DNA of 64,000 nt from a virus. The number at the start of each line of letters is the position of its first letter. The stretch's first letter is position 1. Where the stretch lies: IMG/VR virus record IMGVR_UViG_3300044641_002725; one strand, given 5' to 3'. A program made the translations under genes and the position numbers. Of the stretch, positions 39,515-49,636 are shown in pieces. The notes beneath the pieces are model-generated. The model saw only the letters and a program-made list of their open reading frames with translations, was not told where the DNA came from and ran no database searches.

Positions 39515-39981
39515 AACGATTAACACATATATTTTTTGCCCTCGCATTGATTATTGCAGGATTTACATTTTCTGCATTGAACGCAAATGCACAAACTGGA
39601 AAACAAAAACCAGGAGTTGTCTATGACGCTAATATTACTAGGGTTATTGATGGGGATACTGTTGCGTTTGAAGCGGCTTGGTTACCAGACCCACTCAAAA
39701 AAGAACTAAGCATTCGTGTTTTTGGTGTTGACACACCAGAAAAAGGACACAGAGCGCAATGCCCAAGTGAAGCACAGCGTGGTGAAGCGGCTAGTAAATT
39801 TACAAAAGATATGATTGCCGCAAGTCAAAAGCGTCAAGTTGTTCTAATGGACTGGGACAAATATGGCGGTCGTGTTCTTGGTGACGTTATTCTAAACGGA
39901 CAAAGTTTACGTGGTATGTTAATTGCTAAAGGTTACGCTAGAGAGTACTACGGCGAGGCTAAAACATCTTGGTGTAATTGA
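39511..39981 (+). CDS. thermonuclease (SNase family) with signal peptide
   Basis: RVIDGDT, IRVFGVDTPE, DKYGGRVLG; Sec signal ending ANA. Confidence 0.9.
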   Translation: MKRLTHIFFALALIIAGFTFSALNANAQTGKQKPGVVYDANITRVIDGDTVAFEAAWLPDPLKKELSIRVFGVDTPEKGHRAQCPSEAQRGEAASKFTKDMIAASQKRQVVLMDWDKYGGRVLGDVILNGQSLRGMLIAKGYAREYYGEAKTSWCN

Positions 39982-40617
39982 ATGAGTTTTTTAATAGCTA
40001 ACTTACCTCCTGTTCATTGTTTCGTCAGAAAAGAATTTCTATACGATTTCAAAGAAGGTCACGGTGAATATGTGCCCTGTATTTGGGTCAGCATCAAATC
40101 AATTCGTGGTCAAGCATTTCGTATTGAATCATATCTTCCTGAATATGGCGCACTCTACGACAAACTACCACTGAGCGCATACGTAAGTAGGGATCATAAT
40201 TTAGAACCAGAGAAATTTGTCCCTCTAGATTATCTACAAATTTGGGACTGTCTTGGTTATAACATGGCAGTTGTTCAAAAAGTTTTTCTTAAGAATCTAA
40301 CAGGAAAATTTTACGCAAAAGATAAAAACTGGTATCAAGGCAATTACATGTTCACAGTTGACCATGCCGCACCAGATCACAACATGATTGACTTAACTTA
40401 TTCTGAGTGGCCAGAAGACCACAAGTCTTATAATTTTATTGAACTAGATAATGGACAGTATGCGGCACAACCAAACAATCGTTGTTTATTCTTTGATGCC
40501 GCAAGCAATCCTAAAGAAATGAAGTTTCCAGATTTTAAAGTTGCAACAAGAAAGTTTGTTGTAGAACACAATCCAAAATGGGCTTTAGGAGATACAGATA
40601 CAGTAATGTACGAATAA
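39982..40617 (+). CDS. conserved hypothetical protein
   Basis: ANLPP...LQIWDC...AAQPNNR. Confidence 0.75.
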   Translation: MSFLIANLPPVHCFVRKEFLYDFKEGHGEYVPCIWVSIKSIRGQAFRIESYLPEYGALYDKLPLSAYVSRDHNLEPEKFVPLDYLQIWDCLGYNMAVVQKVFLKNLTGKFYAKDKNWYQGNYMFTVDHAAPDHNMIDLTYSEWPEDHKSYNFIELDNGQYAAQPNNRCLFFDAASNPKEMKFPDFKVATRKFVVEHNPKWALGDTDTVMYE

Positions 40618-40626
40618 GGAGATAAA

Positions 40627-40842
40627 ATGACAACATATAACGTATTCTGCGATTCATGTGAGGCTGAGTATTCAGTAACTCCATTAGAAGGCGGAGACAA
40701 TACAATACCATCAAATTGCTCTTATTGTGGTTCAAAAATAACCGAAGAAGCAGTATCAGAAAAAGACGAAGAGTGGACAGATGAAGATTGGGATAATCTA
40801 ATAGAAGATGATGAATGGTCCTCTAAAGAAGACGATAGATGA
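40627..40842 (+). CDS. zinc-ribbon acidic small protein
   Basis: CDSC...CSYCG. Confidence 0.7.
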   Translation: MTTYNVFCDSCEAEYSVTPLEGGDNTIPSNCSYCGSKITEEAVSEKDEEWTDEDWDNLIEDDEWSSKEDDR

Positions 40843-41408
40843 TTATCGCAGGAGTAGATTATTCTCTAACCTGTCCTGCAATGTGTGTATTTGATGATGA
40901 AGATGGTGAGTTTAGTTTTGAAAAATGTCATTTTTATTTTCTGACACAATCTAGAAAATATGACGTTCAATTTAAAAACATAACAGGTAGATTTTTCGAT
41001 CACGAAGGAATGACTGACGTATTGCGATACGATGGTATATCAAATTTCTTCATTGATAGATTGTTAGAAAGAGATAAAGATTGCCATGTATTCTTAGAAG
41101 GATATTCTATGGGATCAAAGGGCAGAGTCTTTAACATTGCAGAGAATGCTGGCATTCTAAAGTATAGATTATGGTTGTTTGCCGTAGAGTGTACAGAAAT
41201 ACCACCAACAGTACTTAAGAAATATGCTACTGGTAAAGGTAATGCAAATAAAGAACGAATGCAAGAGGTCTTTGAAGAATTCAACGACATTCGTTTAAAA
41301 GAAGAACTACATATGACTGAGAAGCAATGGAATCCTTCTTCCGACTTGATTGATGCATATTGGCTATGCAAATATGGATTTGACAAGTTGACATCCGAAG
41401 CAAAGTAG
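40839..41408 (+). CDS. RuvC-like Holliday junction resolvase
   Basis: IAGVDYS, FLEGY, LKKYATGKGNANKE, DLIDAY. Confidence 0.85.
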   Translation: MIIAGVDYSLTCPAMCVFDDEDGEFSFEKCHFYFLTQSRKYDVQFKNITGRFFDHEGMTDVLRYDGISNFFIDRLLERDKDCHVFLEGYSMGSKGRVFNIAENAGILKYRLWLFAVECTEIPPTVLKKYATGKGNANKERMQEVFEEFNDIRLKEELHMTEKQWNPSSDLIDAYWLCKYGFDKLTSEAK

Positions 41409-41419
41409 AGTATACTCTA
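41388..41419 (+). promoter_or_regulatory. sigma70-type promoter
   Basis: TTGACA-17-TATACT; -10 inside perfect palindrome TAGAGTATACTCTA. Confidence 0.65.
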
Positions 41420-41442
41420 TATTATAATAGAAAGTGATAATT

Positions 41443-42102
41443 ATGGAAGAAGAAAAAATCAGTTCTTTGTTTGGCTTAGATGACGCTAAGAAGCCTAGAC
41501 AACCAAAGGTACTAGGGCAACTATACACGTTCTATTTGGTTGGAGAAATAACAACTCCAGACGATTACGTTGACTGGTTCGAAATTATTAGAAACGCAAC
41601 AGAGAATGATATTGTCAAAATTCATATCAATTCTCCAGGCGGTAATCTATTTACTGCTGTTCAGTTCATGCGTGTCATGGGTGAATCTCAAGCTAGAATC
41701 ATTGCATCAGTAGAAGGCGCATGTATGTCTGCGGCTACGATGGTGTTCTTATCAGCAGATGGATTTGAAATCTCAGAACATTCTATGTTTATGTTCCACA
41801 ACTATTCGGGTGGTACAATAGGCAAAGGCGGTGAGATGTACGACAACATCATGTATGAACGTAAGTGGTCAGATAAATTCATGCGAAGTATCTACGTAGA
41901 TTTCTTGACAAGCGAAGAGATTAAATCTATACTAGACAATAAAGACATTTGGATGGAACCAGAAGAAGTCTTTAAGCGTTTGAATAAGAAAGAAGAATTA
42001 ATGATTGCGGCAGCCGAAAAAGCTACTAGAAAACCTAGAGCGAAAAAAGTTGTTGCTAAACCTGTGAGAAAACCAAATGTCAGAAAACCAAAAGAGTCCT
42101 GA
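41443..42102 (+). CDS. ClpP/crotonase-family protease
   Basis: INSPGG, ACMSAAT, FMFHN. Confidence 0.85.
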   Translation: MEEEKISSLFGLDDAKKPRQPKVLGQLYTFYLVGEITTPDDYVDWFEIIRNATENDIVKIHINSPGGNLFTAVQFMRVMGESQARIIASVEGACMSAATMVFLSADGFEISEHSMFMFHNYSGGTIGKGGEMYDNIMYERKWSDKFMRSIYVDFLTSEEIKSILDNKDIWMEPEEVFKRLNKKEELMIAAAEKATRKPRAKKVVAKPVRKPNVRKPKES

Positions 42103-42805
42103 TGGATTATTTCTAGTATCTTCAGCTATACACACTAATCATGGTGTGTACAGTCCTGAACAACGACTAGAACAAACAATAAACACACTAAAGTCAATTA
42201 AAGAACGATGCGATGCAGATATCGTTCTACTTGATGGTGGCTTAAAATCTCCAACTGACGAAGAGCGAAAAGTTCTAGAAGAATATACAAAAAGCATTGT
42301 TAGTTTTTCTGACGCACCTTCTATCAAAGATATTCTAGCTATCCCAAGTCAAGACATTGTAAAGAACATGGCAGAGATTGTTATGTTTGGTTCAACGTTT
42401 CAAGACATTGGTGTTTCTGGCGACTACAAAAAATACAAACGAATCTTTAAGATGAGTGGAAGATATGTGTTGAATGATAACTTCAATTATCAAACACACA
42501 TAGATGCAAAAGATAAAATTATCATTCGTGGTCCTTTCACTAGTCAATTCACATCAGCACAAACTGGTGGAGTCATATTTCAATACATGAGTAGACTGTG
42601 GAGTTTTGATTCTGAAATGCTTCCTAACATTGCACAAGCATATGGTAGAATGTTTAAAGACATGAATATGGTTCTGACTGGCGGTGGATACATTGACATA
42701 GAGCATTTATTGTTTGTGCATTTAGATCCATCAAAAATTCAGAAGATTGCAAAAATTGGAATTGAAGGAAACATTGCTCCTAATGGAAATGGAATTTCAG
42801 AATGA
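42077..42805 (+). CDS. hypothetical, glycosyltransferase-like
   Basis: LVSSAI..RLEQT, FKMSGRY, DIEH motifs. Confidence 0.5.
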   Translation: MSENQKSPDGLFLVSSAIHTNHGVYSPEQRLEQTINTLKSIKERCDADIVLLDGGLKSPTDEERKVLEEYTKSIVSFSDAPSIKDILAIPSQDIVKNMAEIVMFGSTFQDIGVSGDYKKYKRIFKMSGRYVLNDNFNYQTHIDAKDKIIIRGPFTSQFTSAQTGGVIFQYMSRLWSFDSEMLPNIAQAYGRMFKDMNMVLTGGGYIDIEHLLFVHLDPSKIQKIAKIGIEGNIAPNGNGISE

Positions 42806-43623
42806 AGTATAAAATTTTTCAGATTTGTTTTGAACAAAATCAGATACCACAAGTTGATCCTTTGCTAACACCATTCGACAATACAAAGAATGAACGCCCT
42901 GAGTTGAGAGAGTTTCATTCGTTCAATCGTATTATTGATGAAGGCTTTGCAGATGACTTAGATGCATGGGGTGTGTTTGGTCCACGTTGGCAAGACAAGA
43001 TGCGACATTCATCACAAGTTATTGTTGATGCGATTAAAGACAATCCAGAAGCAGACGTTTGGATTTTTAATCATGCTAGAGTGCAAGATGCATTCATGTA
43101 TAACGTATGGGAACAAGGTGAATACTTTCACAAAGGAATTCGTAACGTTACTGGAACAGCACTTCACAATGGAGGCTATGATACTACTGCGCTTGAAGTT
43201 GTAATGACAGATGCTACATGCTATTGCAGTTACTTTGTCGCAAGAAAACAATTCTGGTTAGACTATATTGCTTTTGTTAAAGACGTTAAAATACATCTAG
43301 AAGCATTGACTGGACATGAAGCAGAAATTTATCATGGTAGTGCAAACTATTCTAGAGACCCAAATCTGAATATGTTTCCATTCATTGTAGAAAGATTGTT
43401 CTCAACATACTTGCACATGTTTAGAAAATACAAAATCTATAGCAGAGAATATGACTACAGCGTTTATAAGGATCAAGTAAATGATTTTTATAGAATTATT
43501 GAATCGATGAATGAGTTGAAGCGATTGACATTGACTCAAGATTCGCCAGATTTATTTCAGCATTGGAATACATTGAGAATGTATTTTGTTAAAACATATC
43601 CACAACTATTTAATTTGGATTGA
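42802..43623 (+). CDS. hypothetical, glycosyltransferase-like (DUF4422-like)
   Basis: IFQICF, DN...LRE, YCSYFVA, FIVERLF. Confidence 0.5.
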   Translation: MKYKIFQICFEQNQIPQVDPLLTPFDNTKNERPELREFHSFNRIIDEGFADDLDAWGVFGPRWQDKMRHSSQVIVDAIKDNPEADVWIFNHARVQDAFMYNVWEQGEYFHKGIRNVTGTALHNGGYDTTALEVVMTDATCYCSYFVARKQFWLDYIAFVKDVKIHLEALTGHEAEIYHGSANYSRDPNLNMFPFIVERLFSTYLHMFRKYKIYSREYDYSVYKDQVNDFYRIIESMNELKRLTLTQDSPDLFQHWNTLRMYFVKTYPQLFNLD

Positions 43624-43626
43624 TTG

Positions 43627-43920
43627 ATGAACATTGATTTGTTGCGCCCTACTATAGAATGGATTAAAGATGACTTTAAGTCTAACAGAATTCGCTTTGC
43701 TATTGAGTTGCTTGCTTGGGCTATTAGCATCGGCTGTAGCATTACTATGGCACTCACAGTCCCCACCCCTCCGCTTCTTACTCTTTATCCTATCTGGATC
43801 CTTGGCTGTGCTATGTATGCTTGGGCTTCTTGGACTAGGAAATCTTTTGGCATGTTGGCTAACTATATTCTGCTAACTACGATTGATTCCATAGGTTTGA
43901 TACGAATGCTTGCCACTTGA
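43627..43920 (+). CDS. membrane protein (3 TM)
   Basis: hydrophobic segments. Confidence 0.7.
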   Translation: MNIDLLRPTIEWIKDDFKSNRIRFAIELLAWAISIGCSITMALTVPTPPLLTLYPIWILGCAMYAWASWTRKSFGMLANYILLTTIDSIGLIRMLAT

Positions 43921-43945
43921 CTTTTCATCACACTTGAGATATAAT
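43917..43945 (+). promoter_or_regulatory. sigma70-type promoter
   Basis: TTGACT-17-TATAAT. Confidence 0.7.
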
Positions 43946-43970
43946 TACATTATCAACTTGAGGAGTAAAT

Positions 43971-44468
43971 ATGGCAAACAAGATTTGGACAGTCAATCTG
44001 GAAAAAGACCCAGAAACTGGTGATTTGATTCTTCCCCTAAATGATGATATACTAGAGCAAACTGGTTGGAAAACTGGTGATGCTATTGATTGGACTGATA
44101 ATAAAGATGGAAGCTGGACTATGAAGAAAATTGAAACACAATGGGTTCTTGTTGAAGCCGTGTCTATGTTCCGTGAACGCTACATGGTAGAAGTTCCTGT
44201 TGGCGTAGACATGTATGGTAAAGATAAAGCTGAGTGGGCACTTGATACTGTCACTATGGAAGAAGCAAAAGAATTTTCTCAACAACATCTAGGACAAACT
44301 ATCGTGTCTCATCGTGTCGTTACCAAAGAAGAAGCACTAGCATTGTGTGATAAAGATAATGACTATGCAAAAAAATGGAATGACGAATTGAAAATTAAAA
44401 CTTTCTTTACTGTTATGACTGAGCATATTGCAGACTTAGCTTCTCCTGGTGATGCTGAGTACGAGTAA
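43971..44468 (+). CDS. protein with N-terminal AbrB/MazE-like domain
   Basis: GDLILPLNDDILEQTGWKTGD. Confidence 0.6.
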   Translation: MANKIWTVNLEKDPETGDLILPLNDDILEQTGWKTGDAIDWTDNKDGSWTMKKIETQWVLVEAVSMFRERYMVEVPVGVDMYGKDKAEWALDTVTMEEAKEFSQQHLGQTIVSHRVVTKEEALALCDKDNDYAKKWNDELKIKTFFTVMTEHIADLASPGDAEYE

Positions 44469-44863
44469 TGTTTTTATACAAGACAGAAGTTCGAACAGCA
44501 ACAAATCCAAAGATGGGTTTGGGGTTGTTTGCAAAAGAACATATACCAGCAAATAGCATTGTATGGAAATACGTTGATGGTGTTGACATAAAATTTCATA
44601 TCAACAGGCTAAAAGACTTCAATGATGCACAGAAAGAATATTTTAAGAAGTATGCTTGGATAGAAAAATCTGATGATGGTGAAGATTATGTGTGTTCAAA
44701 TGCCGATTCGTCAAACTTTATCAATCATAGCAATTTTCCAAACATTATGAATATTGGTAATTTTTCAGTGGCAATTCGTGACATTGAAGTTGACGAAGAG
44801 ATTTTTATCAATTATAATAGTTTTGATACAGAGTTTGATAGTTACAAAGATGAAATGATTTGA
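44468..44863 (+). CDS. SET-domain protein (putative lysine methyltransferase)
   Basis: GLGLFAKEHI, FINHSNFPN, AIRDIEVDEEIFINY. Confidence 0.88.
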   Translation: MFLYKTEVRTATNPKMGLGLFAKEHIPANSIVWKYVDGVDIKFHINRLKDFNDAQKEYFKKYAWIEKSDDGEDYVCSNADSSNFINHSNFPNIMNIGNFSVAIRDIEVDEEIFINYNSFDTEFDSYKDEMI

Positions 44864-44873
44864 GGAACATAAG

Positions 44874-45107
44874 ATGACATTACCTGATGAAAGATATCGT
44901 GCGTTGCGTTGTGGGCATCAAATGCTTTTAGATTTGTTAAACCCTAAAGTAACGCCTAAAGTACCAAAGTACATTCGCCAACGTGCGGCAAGTATTTTAA
45001 GGCACTATCCAGATTCGTATCATTTTACAAAGATTGTAGAAAAGATGCCTGAAGATTATGCAGTCTCTAGCCAATTTGTGAGATTATCAGATGAAGAACC
45101 AAGCTGA
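44874..45107 (+). CDS. conserved hypothetical protein
   Basis: MTLPDERYRAL...LRHYP. Confidence 0.75.
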   Translation: MTLPDERYRALRCGHQMLLDLLNPKVTPKVPKYIRQRAASILRHYPDSYHFTKIVEKMPEDYAVSSQFVRLSDEEPS

Positions 45108-45261
45108 AGAAAAAGTTGTTTATTTTTTGAAAGAGTTACTTCATCCAGAAGGTTTCGCATGGGCAGTAACACCTGAGGTGCGTAAAGAAGCGCACCAACT
45201 TTTAATTATGATAGAAAGTGAAAGCAATGAGCAAGATTCAACAATTCGGCAGACCGTTTGA
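45091..45261 (+). CDS. small hypothetical protein (56 aa)
   Basis: MKNQAEEKVVYFLKELLHPEGFAWAVTPEVR; fills gap between neighbours. Confidence 0.55.
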   Translation: MKNQAEEKVVYFLKELLHPEGFAWAVTPEVRKEAHQLLIMIESESNEQDSTIRQTV

Positions 45262-45538
45262 AACGTTTGATCCCAGTAATAAAAAACACCGAAAGATTTT
45301 TCACGATGTTTTGAGATATCGCACTTGGGGTAGGTCTGCAATTTGTTTTTGGGCAGAAGATTCTTCTTCAGGAAATAACAGTTTGATGGATCAATGTGTT
45401 AAAGCAATTGGCACATACTACATGGAAAAAGAATTCGGTGAATTGATTGATGATGATCCATTTCCATCTGGCGAATCGATGCGTGACAGACCAAACCCAC
45501 ATGTGTATCAATACACACGAAAGAAAACGATCATATGA
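45227..45538 (+). CDS. hypothetical protein
   Basis: RPFETFDPSNKKHR motif. Confidence 0.65.
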   Translation: MSKIQQFGRPFETFDPSNKKHRKIFHDVLRYRTWGRSAICFWAEDSSSGNNSLMDQCVKAIGTYYMEKEFGELIDDDPFPSGESMRDRPNPHVYQYTRKKTII

Positions 45539-46206
45539 AAGTCTACATCAGCGGATATCGTAATCACTGGTTAAGCCCATATCACATCCTAGAGTTTGTT
45601 TGCTTTTGGGAAAAAAATAATGATGTGTTCTATAATCTTGAAGATAAACCTAACGCACCATACGAGAAGTGGGTCAATCGTTTAGACCCCATCTGCAAAG
45701 CGATTGCAAAGGTCTTGGATGTAATTCATCCCAAGATTGACTATGTAAAGATTGACTATTGGGACACTTGGTCTATGGACCATACTCTCGGTCAGATTGC
45801 TTTGCCTATGTTAAAGCAGTTGAAAGAAAAGAAACATGGCGCACCTTTTGTTGATGATGAAGATGTGCCAGATGAATTGAAGTCTACTTCAGCGCCAGCA
45901 AAAGAAAATGAGTGGGACACCGATGACAATCATTTCAAGCGTTGGGACTGGGCTATGGATGAAATGATTTTTGCTTTTGAACATCATCTCAATAAAGAAT
46001 GGGAAGAAGCATATCGTTCAGGCGAATTTGACCAGAAGTCAGTTGCTTGTGAGTGGTATGAAAATGGTAAGCCAAAAATGTTCAAATTAGAAGAAGGTCC
46101 GAATCACACATACAAAGCTGACTATGAAGGCATGAGAGTTGTTGAAGACAGAATCAAGAACGGATTTCGTTTGTTCGGCAAATACTATCAAGCACTTTGG
46201 GATTAA
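45535..46206 (+). CDS. conserved hypothetical protein
   Basis: DTWSMDHTL...GFRLFGKYYQALWD. Confidence 0.75.
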   Translation: MKVYISGYRNHWLSPYHILEFVCFWEKNNDVFYNLEDKPNAPYEKWVNRLDPICKAIAKVLDVIHPKIDYVKIDYWDTWSMDHTLGQIALPMLKQLKEKKHGAPFVDDEDVPDELKSTSAPAKENEWDTDDNHFKRWDWAMDEMIFAFEHHLNKEWEEAYRSGEFDQKSVACEWYENGKPKMFKLEEGPNHTYKADYEGMRVVEDRIKNGFRLFGKYYQALWD

Positions 46207-46248
46207 TTCAATGCTAAATACTTCTATATAATCATAGAGGAGACAGCA

Positions 46249-46869
46249 ATGGACTTTTTTACAGAAGATGCAGTACATCACTTAATACCAAAAGTTAAAA
46301 ACTTTGAAGAATGGTATACTAATCTAGGTGATATTTTACCTGAGTATGACATAGATACACCAAAGCGAGTTGCGGCTTTCATGGCACAATGTGGACATGA
46401 ATCTGGTGGATTTACTTTGATGCAAGAGAATTTAAATTACTCTGCTAAAGGTTTACGTGGCACATTTGGTAAGTATTTTCCTAACGATGAAGTAGCAAAA
46501 CTATACGAACGCAAACCACAAATGATTGCGAATCGTGTTTATGCTAATCGTATGGGCAATGGAGATGAAGCATCTGGAGAAGGTTGGTACTTTCGTGGTA
46601 GAGGCATTATACAAATTACAGGAAAGAATAACTACACTAAGTGTTCACAATCATTGTTTGAAAGCAATGTGCTAATTGAGAATCCTGATTTGTTATTAGA
46701 AGCAGAGTATGCTATTCATTCTGCTTGTTGGTTCTGGTCTGCGGCTAGACTAAATGAATTAGCAGATGTTGGAGATATAAAGACAATGACAAAACGAATC
46801 AATGGTGGATTCATTGGCTTAGAAGACAGAATCAATCATTACAATCATGCGATTGAAATTTTAACTTAA
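46249..46869 (+). CDS. GH19 endolysin
   Basis: FMAQCGHESGG, ENLNYSA, FRGRGIIQITG, TKRINGG. Confidence 0.92.
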   Translation: MDFFTEDAVHHLIPKVKNFEEWYTNLGDILPEYDIDTPKRVAAFMAQCGHESGGFTLMQENLNYSAKGLRGTFGKYFPNDEVAKLYERKPQMIANRVYANRMGNGDEASGEGWYFRGRGIIQITGKNNYTKCSQSLFESNVLIENPDLLLEAEYAIHSACWFWSAARLNELADVGDIKTMTKRINGGFIGLEDRINHYNHAIEILT

Positions 46870-46882
46870 AAAGGCGATAATC

Positions 46883-47176
46883 ATGTTTAATAAAATTAAA
46901 GAGTTTTTCACAGGTAGCAAACCAGTAGTAGATGCAACTCAAGAAGTTACTTTGACTGCGGCTGATGTTGCAATTAAAAATATCAAAGAAACTACTGCGG
47001 CTGTAGATGCTAAAGTTGAAGTTGCACCAGCGCCTGTTGCAGATGCAACACCAGCGCCAGCGAAAGAACAAGCATGGACTAAGAATCCTCCTCCTGCTAT
47101 TGCTAAACGTGCGCCAAGACAACAGCCAGTTAAAGCTACTACTGCGCCTAAGAAGAAAAAGCCTGCGGCTAAGTGA
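46883..47176 (+). CDS. Ala/Pro/Lys-rich hypothetical protein
   Basis: AAGG RBS, low complexity. Confidence 0.65.
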   Translation: MFNKIKEFFTGSKPVVDATQEVTLTAADVAIKNIKETTAAVDAKVEVAPAPVADATPAPAKEQAWTKNPPPAIAKRAPRQQPVKATTAPKKKKPAAK

Positions 47177-47773
47177 TTAATTGGATAGTGGATTGTCGAG
47201 TGCTTTTTTGATTTTGCTATCCACTTCAGTCCTCAATGCTCTAACTTCAGCTTGATTTTCTTTTTGATTCTTTACTAATTCTCTGTTGATATCTTTCAAT
47301 GTAGCATCAACATCACGTTTGATTTCTTTTACTGTGCCGTCAACGTCACGTTTGATCTCTTTCATGCTAGAGTCGGTTAAACGTTGGTCTGTTTTACTAG
47401 AACGTTCGATGTTTTCAACGACACCTTCTAATCTACGAACGTCACCCTTCAAATCTATCTTGATGTTATCAGTATACTCAACCATCTTGCTGGTGTTTGC
47501 ATCCAAGACTTCCATCTTTTTATAGATTTCAGTTAAGTCTGGTGACACATACTTAGCAATTTTATCTTTCATGCCTTGATAGTCTTTGTAGACTTCAAAT
47601 GCGCCATACAATCCACCAAGTAATGATGACACTAATGTGAATGCTACCATCAACTTAGCTGGTGTGAATTCGTATCCACCAATGCTGATAACTGTATCTT
47701 TACTTGCGTACTTTTTAACTGCCGCTTCTGCTTCATCAATCTTAGCGTTTACGTTTTTAATTTCTTCTGCCAT
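47177..47773 (-). CDS. single-TM coiled-coil protein
   Basis: TM ~aa 40-60, long heptads, C-terminal KALDNPLSN. Confidence 0.75.
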   Translation of the reverse strand: MAEEIKNVNAKIDEAEAAVKKYASKDTVISIGGYEFTPAKLMVAFTLVSSLLGGLYGAFEVYKDYQGMKDKIAKYVSPDLTEIYKKMEVLDANTSKMVEYTDNIKIDLKGDVRRLEGVVENIERSSKTDQRLTDSSMKEIKRDVDGTVKEIKRDVDATLKDINRELVKNQKENQAEVRALRTEVDSKIKKALDNPLSN

Positions 47774-47782
47774 TTTTCTTCC

Positions 47783-49636
47783 TTATTTGTATTGTTGATT
47801 AACCATGTCTTGATGTAACTTATCAGAACTCAATTGTCTTAATGCTCTTGCATTGTCTACTGTCTTTTGATTCTTATAAATTTCTTTTGGTGCATAGAAT
47901 GCAACATCAGGCATTATACCAAAGTATTGTGCATATCCAACTGGTTGCTTTGCGATAGAGTCGATTGTAACATTGCCAGCCGCATCATTGTTTTGTGCAT
48001 TTCTATTGACACTACTCAACTGTTGTTGTCCTTGATTCGCTTGTGGCAACATAGGTTTTGATTCCATAGCACTATCTACTGGCCCCTTATTTCCACCAAA
48101 TTTAATACCTTCTAATGTTGGCAATTCAATTTGCACTTGAGGAGAATAACGTGTTGGCGCAGATATATTATAAGATACAGATGGTGTGACCATTGATACG
48201 TTGAAGTCTTGTCTTGTATTATTCTGAAAGATATTTTGTTGTTGATTTGTTCCACCAAAATTTGAAACTTCAGATTGAATTCCCATACTGCTACTGTTGA
48301 GTGATTGTTGAAGTCTTGCTGAATTCATTGTTGCATTAGATTGTGCATTTCCTTGCATCAATGATGAACCCTGCAATTGCATAGCAGACGATTGACTTGC
48401 AGACGATTGGCTTGCAGATGATTGAGATGATCCACCAGCAGTACTGCTTTGAGATTGTACATCACCTGCAATTTTTTCAGCTTGTTGTTTAGCAGTTTCT
48501 CCAGCAGAGAATGCTTGTGCATCAGCCGCTTGAACTACAGACTTTTCCAATGCACCTGTTTTATCTTGATTAGAACTAATCATACTAAGAACAGATGATA
48601 AAGATACTGTAGACTTTGATCCGCCTCCAGATTCTGACACTTCACCAACTTTAGCTTGTGGATTATTTGCGCTAGGTTGTGATGCAGATGCCTGTTGTTG
48701 AGTGGGGCCCGGCATAGGAGGGCCCGCTGGCGCAGGGCCAGCTTGCTGTTGTGGAGGTTGTGAACTTTCGAGTGGCGGTGGGCTACCGGGTGGAGGAGGT
48801 GGCGCACCGCCATAAGTACCAACTGGTGTTATCGCAACATTATCAACGATTGCTATAGTTCCTGTTGGTGTTGTTGCCGTCTCTGATATCGCTGAAGGTG
48901 TTGTAGTCTTCGGCAGTAATTTATTTAATGCATCCAAATATCCAGGACACGTTGGACTATACATTGGATTTGTTATACATGGATCTACAGAATATTTTAG
49001 GCTGAAATTAACATTATAGATTTCTGGGCCATATGGCCCTGCCCAAAAATTATTGTCTCTACCTATGAAACCATATTGCACTTGTCCGATAGATGGAACA
49101 GAAAGCGGTGTTGTAAATGTTTTTGAATAATCAAACGTAGTCCAGTTATATTTACGAGTTAAATCATAAACATCTCCGTATAACAAATTGTTAGCACCTC
49201 TACCGCCTGTGTTATCCCAAAAACGAACAAGTGCAGTTAATTGGTCAACTCGACCATCATCCCAACCATTACCATTCTTTGCTGTGAATCCAAAGTTATA
49301 TCCATTGACTTGAAGTCCCGTAGCAGAAGGTAGCAATGTTGAAATGTGTTGTTGTTGATATAGATATGTTGAACCATAAGAGAAGTTAATGTTACCGCCT
49401 GGACGCACGATAGCATTCGGTCCACAGTATCCTGTATCGCCCTGTTGTCCCCAACAAGTTAGATTGTTTTGATAAACACCATTCACCCAAGGCGTAGGTC
49501 CACCTTGGGGAGTATTTAAAACAATATTCCCCGTAGTGTAGACTTGCGTTGGGTCTAGTGTTTGCGCTTTACTTAAAAGCGGCGTGAACAAGGACGCCAA
49601 GCAAAGAGCCAAAGCCAATGTTCTTAATAGTTTCAT
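47783..49636 (-). CDS. secreted protein: beta-rich N-domain, DPC..NP.YSP.CPGY motif, Pro- then Gln/Ser-rich tracts
   Basis: Sec signal peptide; 617-aa ORF. Confidence 0.75.
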   Translation of the reverse strand: MKLLRTLALALCLASLFTPLLSKAQTLDPTQVYTTGNIVLNTPQGGPTPWVNGVYQNNLTCWGQQGDTGYCGPNAIVRPGGNINFSYGSTYLYQQQHISTLLPSATGLQVNGYNFGFTAKNGNGWDDGRVDQLTALVRFWDNTGGRGANNLLYGDVYDLTRKYNWTTFDYSKTFTTPLSVPSIGQVQYGFIGRDNNFWAGPYGPEIYNVNFSLKYSVDPCITNPMYSPTCPGYLDALNKLLPKTTTPSAISETATTPTGTIAIVDNVAITPVGTYGGAPPPPPGSPPPLESSQPPQQQAGPAPAGPPMPGPTQQQASASQPSANNPQAKVGEVSESGGGSKSTVSLSSVLSMISSNQDKTGALEKSVVQAADAQAFSAGETAKQQAEKIAGDVQSQSSTAGGSSQSSASQSSASQSSAMQLQGSSLMQGNAQSNATMNSARLQQSLNSSSMGIQSEVSNFGGTNQQQNIFQNNTRQDFNVSMVTPSVSYNISAPTRYSPQVQIELPTLEGIKFGGNKGPVDSAMESKPMLPQANQGQQQLSSVNRNAQNNDAAGNVTIDSIAKQPVGYAQYFGIMPDVAFYAPKEIYKNQKTVDNARALRQLSSDKLHQDMVNQQYK

